Shown piece by piece: positions 40,190-50,369 of a DNA stretch of 64,000 nucleotides (position 1 is the stretch's first letter; each line of letters opens with the position of its first letter). The notes under the pieces are model-generated. The model saw nothing but the letters and a program-made list of their open reading frames with translations, ran no database searches and was not told where the DNA came from. A program made the position numbers and the translations under genes. The DNA is from Parcubacteria group bacterium LiPW_41 (lineage in GTDB: Bacteria; Patescibacteriota; Minisyncoccia; UBA6257; GWB1-50-10), in assembly GCA_007375535.1 (NCBI GenBank), contig VMEM01000001.1, forward strand, positions 39,462 through 103,461, written 5' to 3'.

Positions 40190-40217
40190 CCGTCCCCGAA
40201 AGGACGGACCATTTTTT
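40190..40217 (+). promoter_or_regulatory. Terminator-like hairpin in the nusA leader
   Basis: CCGTCC-CCGAAA-GGACGG-ACCA-TTTTTT between an extended -10 (40160-40168) and the ATG. Confidence 0.5.
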
Positions 40218-40245
40218 AAAAAGGCCTAACAAAAAACAACTAAAT

Positions 40246-41454
40246 ATGATGAACCTAAAAGAGTTAGGTGCGGCGGTTGAACAGATAGCGAAAGAAAAAG
40301 GGCTACAACCAGAACGCGTGCTTCTCGCAATTGAAACTGCAATTGCAGCAGCATATAAAAAAGAATATCGAAAGAGAACCGAAGTAGTTCGGGCTCAGTT
40401 TGATATGAAGACGGGCGATATTAAATTTGTACAAGTAAAAACGGTAGTTGATCCAAACGAAGTAAGAATTGTTGAAGAAGTTCCAGAAGAAGAGAAAGAA
40501 GAAAAGAAACACGAATTCCGAGGACCACGACGAGAAGAAGAGCAGGTTGAAGAAGAAGGACTTCTCCCACGATATAACCCAGACAGACATATTTTTCTTG
40601 AAGAGGCAAAAATGATTAAGCCAGATGCAGTTGTTGGTGAAGAACTTGAGTTCCCTCTTGAATCACATTCCGATTTTGGACGTATTGCAGCACAAACTGC
40701 AAAGCAGGTTGTTTTACAAGGACTAAGAGACGCAGAACGCGCATCAGTACACGAGGAATATGCAGACAAACAAGGAGAAATCGTAAGCGGTATTATTCAA
40801 CGTTTTGACCGAGGAAATGTATTTGTAGATCTCGGACGAGCAATTGGCGCAATGTTCCGAAGTGAAAGTATCCCTGGAGAACACTATCGCGCAGGAGAAC
40901 GTATGCGTTTTTATGTGCTCGCAGTACAAGACGATCCACGTCACCCAGGTATTATGCTTTCTCGATCACATCCAAAATTTGTTCAAAAATTATTTGAACT
41001 CGAAGTTCCTGAAATTGCCGACGGAACAGTAGAAATAAAAGGTGTAGCACGAGAAGCGGGGAGCAGAACGAAAATAGCAGTGTACTCAAAAGAAGAGGGA
41101 GTCGATCCAGTCGGATCAGCAGTAGGACAACGAGGGACACGTGTTATGGCAGTCACCAACGAACTTGGAAATGAGAAAATTGATATTATTGAGTGGTCAG
41201 AAAAACCAGAAGAATTTCTTGCACACGCAATTTCACCAGCAAAAGCAACTCGCGTAGAAGTAAATGAATATCACGAAGCAAAAATTCTTGTTGCTGATGA
41301 CCAGCTTTCACTCGCAATCGGAAAGGGAGGACAAAACGTTCGCCTTGCAGTCCGACTTACTGGATGGAAAATAGACATTCGCGCAGAATCAAATCCTGAA
41401 GCAGTGCAAGAACACGGCACCGCTGACACAGAAGAAGAAAAAGTAGAGGAGTAA
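40246..41454 (+). CDS. nusA: Transcription termination factor NusA
   Basis: FGRIAAQTAKQV; LEVPEI.DG; LAIGKGGQNVRLA. Confidence 0.97.
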   Translation: MMNLKELGAAVEQIAKEKGLQPERVLLAIETAIAAAYKKEYRKRTEVVRAQFDMKTGDIKFVQVKTVVDPNEVRIVEEVPEEEKEEKKHEFRGPRREEEQVEEEGLLPRYNPDRHIFLEEAKMIKPDAVVGEELEFPLESHSDFGRIAAQTAKQVVLQGLRDAERASVHEEYADKQGEIVSGIIQRFDRGNVFVDLGRAIGAMFRSESIPGEHYRAGERMRFYVLAVQDDPRHPGIMLSRSHPKFVQKLFELEVPEIADGTVEIKGVAREAGSRTKIAVYSKEEGVDPVGSAVGQRGTRVMAVTNELGNEKIDIIEWSEKPEEFLAHAISPAKATRVEVNEYHEAKILVADDQLSLAIGKGGQNVRLAVRLTGWKIDIRAESNPEAVQEHGTADTEEEKVEE

Positions 41455-41487
41455 AAATAAAAATCCCCGCAAAAAACGGGGATTTTT

Positions 41488-41802
41488 TTAATCAACGTGA
41501 GTCGGAATATATACAAACGCATCAATATCACTTTCGAGTCGAACTCTTTTTCTATCGTATCGCCCACCCTCATACTGATCAAGAAGCGTTAATTCTTCAG
41601 GATAGACATCATACACAACACCCTCAACCGACAACTCACTACACTCTTCTATTCCAGGATATGTGTCTCCGCCATCAACAACTGCTTCGTCTTTATATTG
41701 ATATCCAGCCAACTTATCTGGTGTAGCAATCGCCATACGCCCGATAACAGATTTTAATAATTCCGGATCAACAAGTGTTCCATATACAAACAAGTGTTCC
41801 AT
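41488..41802 (-). CDS. Gamma-glutamylcyclotransferase (AIG2-like)
   Basis: LFVYGTL; LDQYEG. Confidence 0.88.
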   Translation of the reverse strand: MEHLFVYGTLVDPELLKSVIGRMAIATPDKLAGYQYKDEAVVDGGDTYPGIEECSELSVEGVVYDVYPEELTLLDQYEGGRYDRKRVRLESDIDAFVYIPTHVD

Positions 41803-41870
41803 ATAAATAGTATATCGTATTTTGTTATAAGTATAAAAATCCCGCCCCTCTCAGAGGGGCGGGGTATATT

Positions 41871-42344
41871 TTAGTCTGCTTTAACCTTTACCTTTTTTCC
41901 TTTCTGTCGATTGAGTCGAGGCATTCGAACAGTAAGAACTCCATTTTTTACTATTGCAGTTGATTTCTCTGGATCAACCTCAACAGGTAAAATTACTGAA
42001 CGAGAAAATCTTCCCCAAAAACATTCCTGATAAAAATAGTCTTTGTCTTCAATTTTTTGTGACTTCTCTCGGGAACCCTTCACCGTTACCGATTCTGGAG
42101 TTATATGAATATCCAAATCATCAGGAGAAACTCCCGCAACCGTAGATTGGACCACAATATCATCTCCATCTTGATAGACGTCTACAGTAAGTTGTCCCTC
42201 TATCTCATCGCTTTGCTCATCCATCGCTGGTGCTTTTGGATCACTCTCAACGACAATTTTTGCTGGCGAAGACTTTACTTTTGCAAGTTCAACAAAAATA
42301 TCTTCTGGTTCGTGTTGTGTTTCTTTTTCTTCAAAATACTCCAT
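41871..42344 (-). CDS. Hsp20/alpha-crystallin small heat shock protein
   Basis: VDVY; G.FSRS..LP; NGVLTV..P. Confidence 0.92.
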   Translation of the reverse strand: MEYFEEKETQHEPEDIFVELAKVKSSPAKIVVESDPKAPAMDEQSDEIEGQLTVDVYQDGDDIVVQSTVAGVSPDDLDIHITPESVTVKGSREKSQKIEDKDYFYQECFWGRFSRSVILPVEVDPEKSTAIVKNGVLTVRMPRLNRQKGKKVKVKAD

Positions 42345-42372
42345 ATAAAGGTATTATATCACACAAAAATTT

Positions 42373-43056
42373 CTATTTCAGTTTTTCAAAATCTCGAAAT
42401 ACAAAAAATGAAACTGCAATCAAGAACAAAGTTGGAATAAGAAAATTGATTTCCTGAAACTGGTACACTAATAAATTAAAAATCGCATGAACAAATGTTC
42501 CTATTACTAATCCCAAAAAAACAAACTTTTTTACATTTCCCCTTACTAATCCCTTAGCCCAAAAATATCCAATAATTGCCGAGGCTAGTGTGTGTAGTAA
42601 TGTTGCACCAATAAATCTTAAAATAAGCGCGGCCCCAACTGCGGTAAATGCGAAAATGAATTTATATTGAAACATTACCGACGCAATCACAAAAAAATTT
42701 TCAATTGTAGCGAACCCAAGCCCGGCAACAACCATATAAATCATTGCATCAACTGGCTCTTCAAATTCTGGCGCTTTGTGAATTGCAAAATATGCACCAA
42801 AAAATTTAAATAACTCTTCAATTGTTGCGAGTATTATCGCCATCAAGAAAAAACTTGAAATTTGAGAAGAAAAAAGTGTTTCCGAAATTGTTTGAAAAAA
42901 CAGTACCGGAATACTCATGAGGGCACCAAATATAAATGTTTTTAAAATGAGTCTTGGTGGTGCGGGTTTTTTATCTTCATGCAGAAAGAAAAGAAGCCAT
43001 ACAATCGTAGGAAAAAGTGCCAACAACATATATCCAATAACCGTAGAAATTACCAT
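42373..43056 (-). CDS. PrsW-family intramembrane metalloprotease
   Basis: IEELFK; GLGFATIEN; H...HAIFN. Confidence 0.9.
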   Translation of the reverse strand: MVISTVIGYMLLALFPTIVWLLFFLHEDKKPAPPRLILKTFIFGALMSIPVLFFQTISETLFSSQISSFFLMAIILATIEELFKFFGAYFAIHKAPEFEEPVDAMIYMVVAGLGFATIENFFVIASVMFQYKFIFAFTAVGAALILRFIGATLLHTLASAIIGYFWAKGLVRGNVKKFVFLGLVIGTFVHAIFNLLVYQFQEINFLIPTLFLIAVSFFVFRDFEKLK

Positions 43057-45158
43057 TGATGAATAATAAGAGGTGTCTTATCTTTTATCCCCTCTTTCCA
43101 TAATACCTCAGTAATAAAAGGAATAAATGGATGAAGCATAATGAGTGATTCTCTTAATGCATACATTAAAATTTCTTGAGTCCCCTCTTTCTGTCCTTCG
43201 TTCTGCATCTGTGTTTTTGCAACCTCTATATACTCATCACAAAACGAATGCCAGAAAAATTCATAAATGTCATGAAGTGCTTTTGAAAACTCAAACGTTT
43301 CAATGTCTTGTGTAACACCTTGTTTTAATTGCTTTATTCCTTCAAGAATTTTTTTGTCAGCCTCAGTGTTTCCTTCTGGAACGTTTTTCTCATCCCCCTC
43401 CTTTTTGTTTGCTAGAACAAACTTTGTTGCATTCCAAATTTTGTTTAAAAATTTCTTCCCTCCAATGACAGCTGTTTCGTCCCATCGAATATCTTGTCCG
43501 GTCGCCTGCCACACTACCGCAAATCGAGTTACGTCTGCACCATACTGTTCTATATATTGAAGTGGATCAATTCCAGTCCCCAAACTCTTTGACATTCGCT
43601 TTCCATCTTTTGTCATAATAGTCCCATGAATCAACACGTCTTTAAATGGAATTGCATTTTTAAATTCAATCCCTGAATAGATCATTCGAGCAACCCAAAG
43701 ATTTAAAATATCGCGAGCAGTGATGAGAGTGTTTCCTGGATAATAATTTTTCTTATCTTCTTCTTTTATTCCAGCAAATGGCCAAAGCGCAGAAGAAAAC
43801 CAGGTATCTAAGACATCTGGAGCCTGCTCCATTTCACATGAGTGACAAAATGAACACTCACTCGGTTTTTCTTTTGTAACAACAAATTTTTCTTTCTTTT
43901 CGTCGTTCGCGCAAAACCATACAGGAAGTCTGTGTCCCCACCAGATCTGACGAGAGACTGTCCAATCTCGGATATTTGAAAGCCAATCGAAATATGGTTT
44001 TTCGAATCGCTCCGGATGAATCTTTACATCTCCAGATTTAACTGCGCTAATTGCAGAATCGGCAAGCTCCCTCATCTTCAAAAACCATTGCGCTGATGGA
44101 ATCGGTTCAATAACTGAATTGCAACGATAACATACCGCAACATTATGTTTGTATGGTTCGGTCTTTACTAACATTCCCCCTTCTTCAAGTTTTTTCACAA
44201 CCTCTTCCCGTGCTTCATTTGCTTTTTTCCCTTCATAAACCCCCGCATCTTTTGTCATTCTCCCGCGCCCGTCAATAACTTGAATCATAGGAAGCTTGTG
44301 TCGCTCACCAATTTCAAAATCAACACTGTCATGAGCTGGAGTAACTTTTACCATCCCTGTTCCAAATTCTTTATCAATCATTTCATCTCCAACAATTGGA
44401 ATCTCTCGATTCATCAGTGGAAGCATCACCTTCTTTCCGATTAAGTGTTTATATCGCTCATCACTTGGATTTACCGCAATTGCAGTATCTCCCAACATTG
44501 TTTCAGGACGTGTTGTCGCGACAATGACGTCATCACTATATTTGATGTGCCATAATTTTGTTTCCTCTTCTTTATACTCAAGTTCAAGTTCAGACAAACT
44601 AGTTCCGCATCGAGTGCACCAATTTACTGTTCGAAATCCACGATACAAAAGTCCTTTTTCAAAATAGTGAATGAATGCGTCCTGAACGTCACGAGCATAT
44701 TCAGGGTCCATTGTAAATCGTGTACGAGACCAATCAGCAGAACATCCAAGTTTCTGAAGCTGAGACAAAATAATTCCCCCATATTCTTTTTTCCACTCCC
44801 ACACTCTTTCAATAAATTTTTCCCGACCTAATTCAAATCGATTAATCCCCTCTTTTTTTAATTGTTTTTCAACCACATATTGTGTCGCAATTCCTGCATG
44901 GTCAGTTCCTGGAAGCCACAATGTTTTGTATCCACGCATTCGATGATAGCGAATAACGAGATCTTGAAATGTATTATCAAGCGTATGCCCCATATGAAGA
45001 GAACCCGTCACGTTCGGCAATGGCATATATACGATATAATTTTCTTTTCGGTTTCCAGGGAGATTATCAGGATTAAAATATCCCGACTTCATCCACTCTT
45101 CATATATATATGATTCGTATAATTTTGGGTCGCACGCTCCCTCAATCTTCATTTCCAT
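43050..45158 (-). CDS. valS: Valine--tRNA ligase (lacks the C-terminal coiled coil)
   Basis: PNVTGSLHMGH, DHAGIATQ, SRQIWWGH, RMSKS. Confidence 0.97.
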   Translation of the reverse strand: MEMKIEGACDPKLYESYIYEEWMKSGYFNPDNLPGNRKENYIVYMPLPNVTGSLHMGHTLDNTFQDLVIRYHRMRGYKTLWLPGTDHAGIATQYVVEKQLKKEGINRFELGREKFIERVWEWKKEYGGIILSQLQKLGCSADWSRTRFTMDPEYARDVQDAFIHYFEKGLLYRGFRTVNWCTRCGTSLSELELEYKEEETKLWHIKYSDDVIVATTRPETMLGDTAIAVNPSDERYKHLIGKKVMLPLMNREIPIVGDEMIDKEFGTGMVKVTPAHDSVDFEIGERHKLPMIQVIDGRGRMTKDAGVYEGKKANEAREEVVKKLEEGGMLVKTEPYKHNVAVCYRCNSVIEPIPSAQWFLKMRELADSAISAVKSGDVKIHPERFEKPYFDWLSNIRDWTVSRQIWWGHRLPVWFCANDEKKEKFVVTKEKPSECSFCHSCEMEQAPDVLDTWFSSALWPFAGIKEEDKKNYYPGNTLITARDILNLWVARMIYSGIEFKNAIPFKDVLIHGTIMTKDGKRMSKSLGTGIDPLQYIEQYGADVTRFAVVWQATGQDIRWDETAVIGGKKFLNKIWNATKFVLANKKEGDEKNVPEGNTEADKKILEGIKQLKQGVTQDIETFEFSKALHDIYEFFWHSFCDEYIEVAKTQMQNEGQKEGTQEILMYALRESLIMLHPFIPFITEVLWKEGIKDKTPLIIHQW

Positions 45159-45263
45159 AATAATCCAATTCTATATCGATTTTTTCTATTAATAAAGAGG
45201 AGACTTTTGACAGAACACACCAAGACGCAGTATGGTGTACACAACATTAAAAAGGATAGTGAA

Positions 45264-45677
45264 ATGAATCGAAAAAGAATGAAGAGAATGGAAAATTTTC
45301 TGGCATATTTTATTGCAGTAATTCATTTTGGAATTAAATATGAGTGCAAGTGCTATTGGTATAAAGACCTCAGAAACCCAAAAAATAATCGTCGGTTGGA
45401 CGGAACCTACGACCCAAAAGAAAATGGAAGGTCAAAAATCTTGATTGATGACCATGTAATAAAAAAACCACTGCGAGCAGCAAAAACTCTTTTTCATGAA
45501 GGCATACACCACGCATTCTTATTGCGAGGAAAAATCTCTGATGAAGACATGACGCTGCAATTTGAAGAGATGTGTTGGAGTTTAATGTCTCAAAAACAAA
45601 AACATTTTTTTATTAAATTACTTCCCAAAAAGTATCACCCAATTTCAAGAAAATATTCAAAAAGACCCCGCGCATAG
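45264..45677 (+). CDS. Hypothetical protein with an HExxH zinc-peptidase-like motif
   Basis: TLFHEGIHH...E; own promoter, SD and terminator. Confidence 0.55.
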   Translation: MNRKRMKRMENFLAYFIAVIHFGIKYECKCYWYKDLRNPKNNRRLDGTYDPKENGRSKILIDDHVIKKPLRAAKTLFHEGIHHAFLLRGKISDEDMTLQFEEMCWSLMSQKQKHFFIKLLPKKYHPISRKYSKRPRA

Positions 45678-45721
45678 CGGGATTATTTTTTAATAGGAAA
45701 ATAAAAAAAATTTAGCAATTC

Positions 45722-46093
45722 TTAAGAAATTATTTGTTTGTAGTGATTTATTTGGTATGTATCCCCTATTTTTCTTAACGCGACACAATCAATGCGCCAT
45801 CCAATTTTTTCATTAACTAATTTTGGAAAATGATTTGCATACCACTCCCCCGCTCGCATACATTTTTTTATCTTTGTGGAAGTCATTTGATCTTCAGGTT
45901 TTAAATAATTTCCAGTAACCGTTTTAACCTCAATAAATACAAGTGTGCCATCTATGTCTCGCGCAACAATATCAATTTCGTCATTCCATGGAAGCCTCAC
46001 ATTAGTATCTAAAATTTTCCACTTTTCTTGTTTCAAAAAATTTTGTGCAAAATATTCTCCATCATTTCCCACTTTTTTTCTTGTGGTCTCCAT
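45722..46093 (-). CDS. YraN (UPF0102) family endonuclease-like protein
   Basis: G..GE..A...L; EIDIVA; LVFIEVKT; RID. Confidence 0.9.
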   Translation of the reverse strand: METTRKKVGNDGEYFAQNFLKQEKWKILDTNVRLPWNDEIDIVARDIDGTLVFIEVKTVTGNYLKPEDQMTSTKIKKCMRAGEWYANHFPKLVNEKIGWRIDCVALRKIGDTYQINHYKQIIS

Positions 46094-46180
46094 ATATATA
46101 GTATACACCACGACACTTGACAAAACAGTAATAATATATTTATATTAATCTATTCTTTCACAAATCTAAAAAGGAGTTTT

Positions 46181-47038
46181 ATGATGCGTTCATATTTCGG
46201 AGTCACAGGATTTATGTCGCAATCAGAAATGGTTGCACTTAATGAATTGCTTTCGCGAAAGATCGGCGAAACGACTATTCGAGAAAAAATTAAATCACTT
46301 AACAAAAAAGTAATGATTGGAGTTCTTGTTAACAAAAACACTCTGATGGGATTCCTCCCCTCAAATCCGTCTCGATATCCACTTATTGAAGATGCGAAAT
46401 CGATTTTTATTTCAGATGATCTTTTCCTTAATGCGGTCCACTATAATTCAGATGATTGGCGCATGCTTTCTCAACAGTTGTGCAAAATTGCAGAAACGTT
46501 TGAAAATCTTAACGCAATTCAATTGAACCTTGCATGGCCGGATTCTGAGCACATTATTCGCTTCCGAGACCAGTTTCCAAATATTGAGATTATACTCCAG
46601 GTCGGAAGCAGTGCGTTCTATGAAGTCGGTAATTCACCGCGCTCACTCTATGCTCGCCTCGAAGAATACTCGAAATGCATTAATCATGTCTTATTTGACA
46701 TGAGTGGTGGCGGAGGAAAGCTCATTGATGTTAATAATGAACTTATCAAAATTGTTGTTGACCTGCACGCAAAGTTTCCACAAATGTCGATCGGAATTGC
46801 TGGTGGTTTATGCTCAAGTGCGCTTCTTGGCGAGCAATACCAAACCAAGGAACCAGATGGTACCACAAAATCACAAGTTGGAGATGGGATAAATCGACTA
46901 ACTGAGTGTCTCTCGTCTTCAGAGTCTGACTTAAGTAGGCTGTCGTTAGATGCCGAAGCAAAATTAAGAATCGATGATGCGCTCTATCTGCCCGAAGTTA
47001 TTAAATATTTAATTGCATCAATCGCTACATTCTCCTAA
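46181..47038 (+). CDS. Hypothetical TIM-barrel protein (TrpF/PRAI-like motifs)
   Basis: AIQLN; LFDMSGGGG; GIAGGL; LDAE. Confidence 0.55.
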   Translation: MMRSYFGVTGFMSQSEMVALNELLSRKIGETTIREKIKSLNKKVMIGVLVNKNTLMGFLPSNPSRYPLIEDAKSIFISDDLFLNAVHYNSDDWRMLSQQLCKIAETFENLNAIQLNLAWPDSEHIIRFRDQFPNIEIILQVGSSAFYEVGNSPRSLYARLEEYSKCINHVLFDMSGGGGKLIDVNNELIKIVVDLHAKFPQMSIGIAGGLCSSALLGEQYQTKEPDGTTKSQVGDGINRLTECLSSSESDLSRLSLDAEAKLRIDDALYLPEVIKYLIASIATFS

Positions 47039-47082
47039 ATTTCAAAGCCCGCCAAACATTGGCGGGATTTTTTATTCAAAAA

Positions 47083-47098
47083 TGTTTCACGTGAAACA
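47083..47098. promoter_or_regulatory. parS: parS site (centre of a 34-bp perfect palindrome, 47074-47107)
   Basis: TGTTTCACGTGAAACA, an exact ParB-binding consensus. Confidence 0.92.
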
Positions 47099-47240
47099 TT
47101 TTTGAATGTTTGTTGATAAACATTTTTTTAACGATGTAGGCCTAGCTTGACTATCAGATTGTCAAAAAATGAAGCAGGTTTTCCTGGTTTTTCGGGTTTT
47201 TCCATTTTTTTAATAAAACCAACTAAACACACCCTGAAAA

Positions 47241-47256
47241 TGTTTCACGTGAAACA
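47241..47256. promoter_or_regulatory. parS: parS site
   Basis: TGTTTCACGTGAAACA. Confidence 0.92.
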
Positions 47257-47386
47257 ATATTGTGCGACATATCAAAATTATGTAGGCCTGGCTTGACTAT
47301 CAGCTTTTGAAACGATGGAATATAAATGTTTATTTATATTTCCAAAATGAGAAAGCTAACAAGTAAGGCGCCATCAGCTTTTGAGT

Positions 47387-48061
47387 TTATTCAACCTCCT
47401 TAATTTCTATCTTATCATGACCAATAGAAATATATGTCGAAGGAATATCAGTCCAACAACCAGAATTATAATAGTGAATTCCTCTTAACTGCTTTTCCAT
47501 CGCCTTGTGAGTATGTCCACAAAATACAATATCGGCCCTCTTTAAAAGTCCATATAAGACAGCTCCACGCGCAACCTTTTCTGACACCCGAAGCCATGAC
47601 TTACTTGCTCGCTTTAAGAAGCGACTGATAAATTGTCGTTCGGTGTCCAGCTTCTGTATTCCAAGATATAACCAAGAGGCGATAGTACTAACAATTGGAT
47701 TTTGTGTCATAAACCTATCAAATTGATGACCGTGAATAACAAGACATCTCTTCTTGTTCCACTCAAATATATATTCGTTACGAACCGTGACTCCAATTAA
47801 ACGCGAAAGAATCTGTGCAGCACCATCGTGGTTTCCCGCAATCCAAATAACTTCAACCCCATACTTTGGGTCAGACAACTGTCTTACTTTTGACAGCAAC
47901 TCCCAGTGATCGTGCTGAAGTCGTGTAAAATCAAGATCATCAAAAATATCACCATTTAATATCAGGGTTTTATATTCTTCGGTATTAAGCAGTTCAAGAA
48001 GCTTGTTTGCTCGACTCACGCTTGAACCAAGATGTATATCAGAAACAATAAGTGTGTGCAT
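47387..48061 (-). CDS. Metallophosphoesterase (LpxH-like family)
   Basis: SDIHLG, NGDIFD, GNHD, HGH, GHTH, NSGCW. Confidence 0.88.
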   Translation of the reverse strand: MHTLIVSDIHLGSSVSRANKLLELLNTEEYKTLILNGDIFDDLDFTRLQHDHWELLSKVRQLSDPKYGVEVIWIAGNHDGAAQILSRLIGVTVRNEYIFEWNKKRCLVIHGHQFDRFMTQNPIVSTIASWLYLGIQKLDTERQFISRFLKRASKSWLRVSEKVARGAVLYGLLKRADIVFCGHTHKAMEKQLRGIHYYNSGCWTDIPSTYISIGHDKIEIKEVE

Positions 48062-48108
48062 AGTTTGGGAATTGCGTAAATCCCGCAGTTCATCTTTAAT
48101 ATAACAAG

Positions 48109-50268
48109 ATGGCACAAAAGAAACAAAAAAAGAAAAGTAAATCAGAAGTCACAAAATCAGTCTCCCAATCAAAGAAGCAAAAAGAAATTTCGCGTGGACC
48201 AAAAATAGATCTACATCCTGATGTCCGACGATATGTTCTTGTTATTGTTTTTTTTGGTGTTGCACTTATTTTACTTTTAGCATCAGCAAATCAAGCTGGC
48301 CCAGTCGGAGAATTTATTTATCAAATATTTTTTAAATTATTCGGATGGGGATACTTTCTTCTCCCATTTGTTTCAATCATTCTTGGTGTTGCATTTCTTT
48401 CTCCTGATGACAAACAGTTTTTCGGATTACCACTTATTGGAGGAATTGGATTTGTTCTTTCGTGTTTGGGATTTATGGATTTGGTTGCAAGTCAGAGCGG
48501 GGGATGGGTTGGAAATTTTATTGGAATGCTTGAGCAACCATTTGGAATTGTTGCAGCAATAATTATTACGCTTTTAGGAATTGTTATTTCGTTTCTTGTC
48601 ACACTCAATCGACCACTTCACACATTTTCATGGTTTAACAAAAATGAAGATGATGATGAGATCGATGAAACCCCTATTATCGCACCGCTTGAAATAAAAA
48701 CACCAATTGGTGCTCCAATTGAAGAACCAATAAAAGATGAGATTAAAAAACCTGAGCGAGCAGAAAAACGAAAACAAGAAGAGGACGCAATTCGTGAAGC
48801 CGAAGGTATTGGATTTGAGGTTCCAAAAGCATCTGCACAAAAAGTAATAAAAAATTATACACCACCACCACTTGATCTTCTTTCTTCGAACGTTGAAAAA
48901 CCAACAATAGGGGATTTGCGCGCAAATGCAAATATTATAAAGCGAACACTCGAAAGTTTTGGTATTCCAGTTGAGATGGGAGAAATCAATGTTGGGCCAA
49001 CTGTTACGCGATACACACTAAAACCAGCAGAGGGCGTAAAGATTGCAAAAATCACTACACTCAACCAAGATCTTGCACTTGCGCTCGCCGCACATCCAAT
49101 TCGTATTGAAGCTCCAATTCCTGGAATGTCACTAGTGGGAATTGAAGTCCCAAATAAATCCGCGGCAATTGTTCGATTGGGAAGTTTGTTGTTATATCCA
49201 GACTTTCAAAAATCAGATGGACTATCTTTTGCATTAGGAAGAAATGTAAATGGAGATCCAATGTTTCCAAGTATTGCAAAAATGCCACACATGCTTGTTG
49301 CTGGTGCAACTGGATCTGGAAAATCAATTGCAATTCATTCGATACTTATTTCGTTGCTTTATAGAAATTCTCCTGACATGTTGAAGTTGATTCTCATCGA
49401 TCCAAAACGTGTTGAGCTTTCTATATATAACAACCTTCCACATCTTATTGCTCCCGTAGTCACCGAAAACAAAAAAGCGATCGGCGCATTGCGCTGGGTA
49501 ATTCAAGAAATGGATCGAAGATATCAAACACTTCTCGAAGCAGGATCACGCGATATAAAAAGTTATAACAAGAGCGCTGCCGAACCAATGTATTACATTC
49601 TTGTTGTAATTGATGAACTTGCCGATCTTATGCAAACATATGGACGAGAAGTTGAAGGGTCAATCATTCGTCTCGCACAGATGGCGCGTGCAACCGGAAT
49701 TCATATGGTTGTATCAACTCAGCGTCCTTCTGTTGAAGTTATCACCGGACTTATTAAAGCAAACATCACAACACGCGTTGCACTTCAAGTTGCAAGTCAG
49801 ATTGATTCACGCACAATACTTGATACTGCGGGCGCAGAAAAACTTTTAGGTCGTGGAGATCTCTTATATCAATCTTCTGATTCTCAAAAACCAAAACGCT
49901 TACAAGGTGCATTTATTAGTGAGGAAGAAATTAAAAAGGTTATTCGTTTCATTATTGAAAATAACGATGTATCAGTAACTGGCGCATCAATTGAAAACGC
50001 AGCAGAGCCAGAAGCAACTCATATATTTGAAAGCTTTGGATCAAATGACGAAAGTGGAGATGAACTTCTTGAAGAGGCAATTGAGGTGGTTCGATCCGCA
50101 GGAAAAGCCTCTGCATCACTTCTACAAAGACGTCTAAAGGTTGGGTATGCCCGTGCCGCTCGACTACTCGACATTATGGAGGAACGAGGAATTATCGGAC
50201 CAGGAGATGGAGCAAAACCAAGAGAGATACTCATTGATACAGACCAACCTCCAACCGAATCATTTTAA
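48109..50268 (+). CDS. ftsK: DNA translocase FtsK/SpoIIIE
   Basis: 4-TM N-terminus; HMLVAGATGSGKS; IDELADLM; gamma domain SLLQRRLKVGYARAARL. Confidence 0.96.
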   Translation: MAQKKQKKKSKSEVTKSVSQSKKQKEISRGPKIDLHPDVRRYVLVIVFFGVALILLLASANQAGPVGEFIYQIFFKLFGWGYFLLPFVSIILGVAFLSPDDKQFFGLPLIGGIGFVLSCLGFMDLVASQSGGWVGNFIGMLEQPFGIVAAIIITLLGIVISFLVTLNRPLHTFSWFNKNEDDDEIDETPIIAPLEIKTPIGAPIEEPIKDEIKKPERAEKRKQEEDAIREAEGIGFEVPKASAQKVIKNYTPPPLDLLSSNVEKPTIGDLRANANIIKRTLESFGIPVEMGEINVGPTVTRYTLKPAEGVKIAKITTLNQDLALALAAHPIRIEAPIPGMSLVGIEVPNKSAAIVRLGSLLLYPDFQKSDGLSFALGRNVNGDPMFPSIAKMPHMLVAGATGSGKSIAIHSILISLLYRNSPDMLKLILIDPKRVELSIYNNLPHLIAPVVTENKKAIGALRWVIQEMDRRYQTLLEAGSRDIKSYNKSAAEPMYYILVVIDELADLMQTYGREVEGSIIRLAQMARATGIHMVVSTQRPSVEVITGLIKANITTRVALQVASQIDSRTILDTAGAEKLLGRGDLLYQSSDSQKPKRLQGAFISEEEIKKVIRFIIENNDVSVTGASIENAAEPEATHIFESFGSNDESGDELLEEAIEVVRSAGKASASLLQRRLKVGYARAARLLDIMEERGIIGPGDGAKPREILIDTDQPPTESF

Positions 50269-50369
50269 TTGTTTTAATCATGAGTCCCGCCAGTCCACGG
50301 ATTGGCGGGATTAAGCTATCCAAAAAGACAAATGAGTGATATAAAGAGAGAGCAAAATATATAAAAAAT

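Noticed and set aside
47040-47386. oriC candidate
   Set aside because: No DnaA-box cluster seen, and by eye the + strand stays C-rich on both sides, so there is no skew switch.
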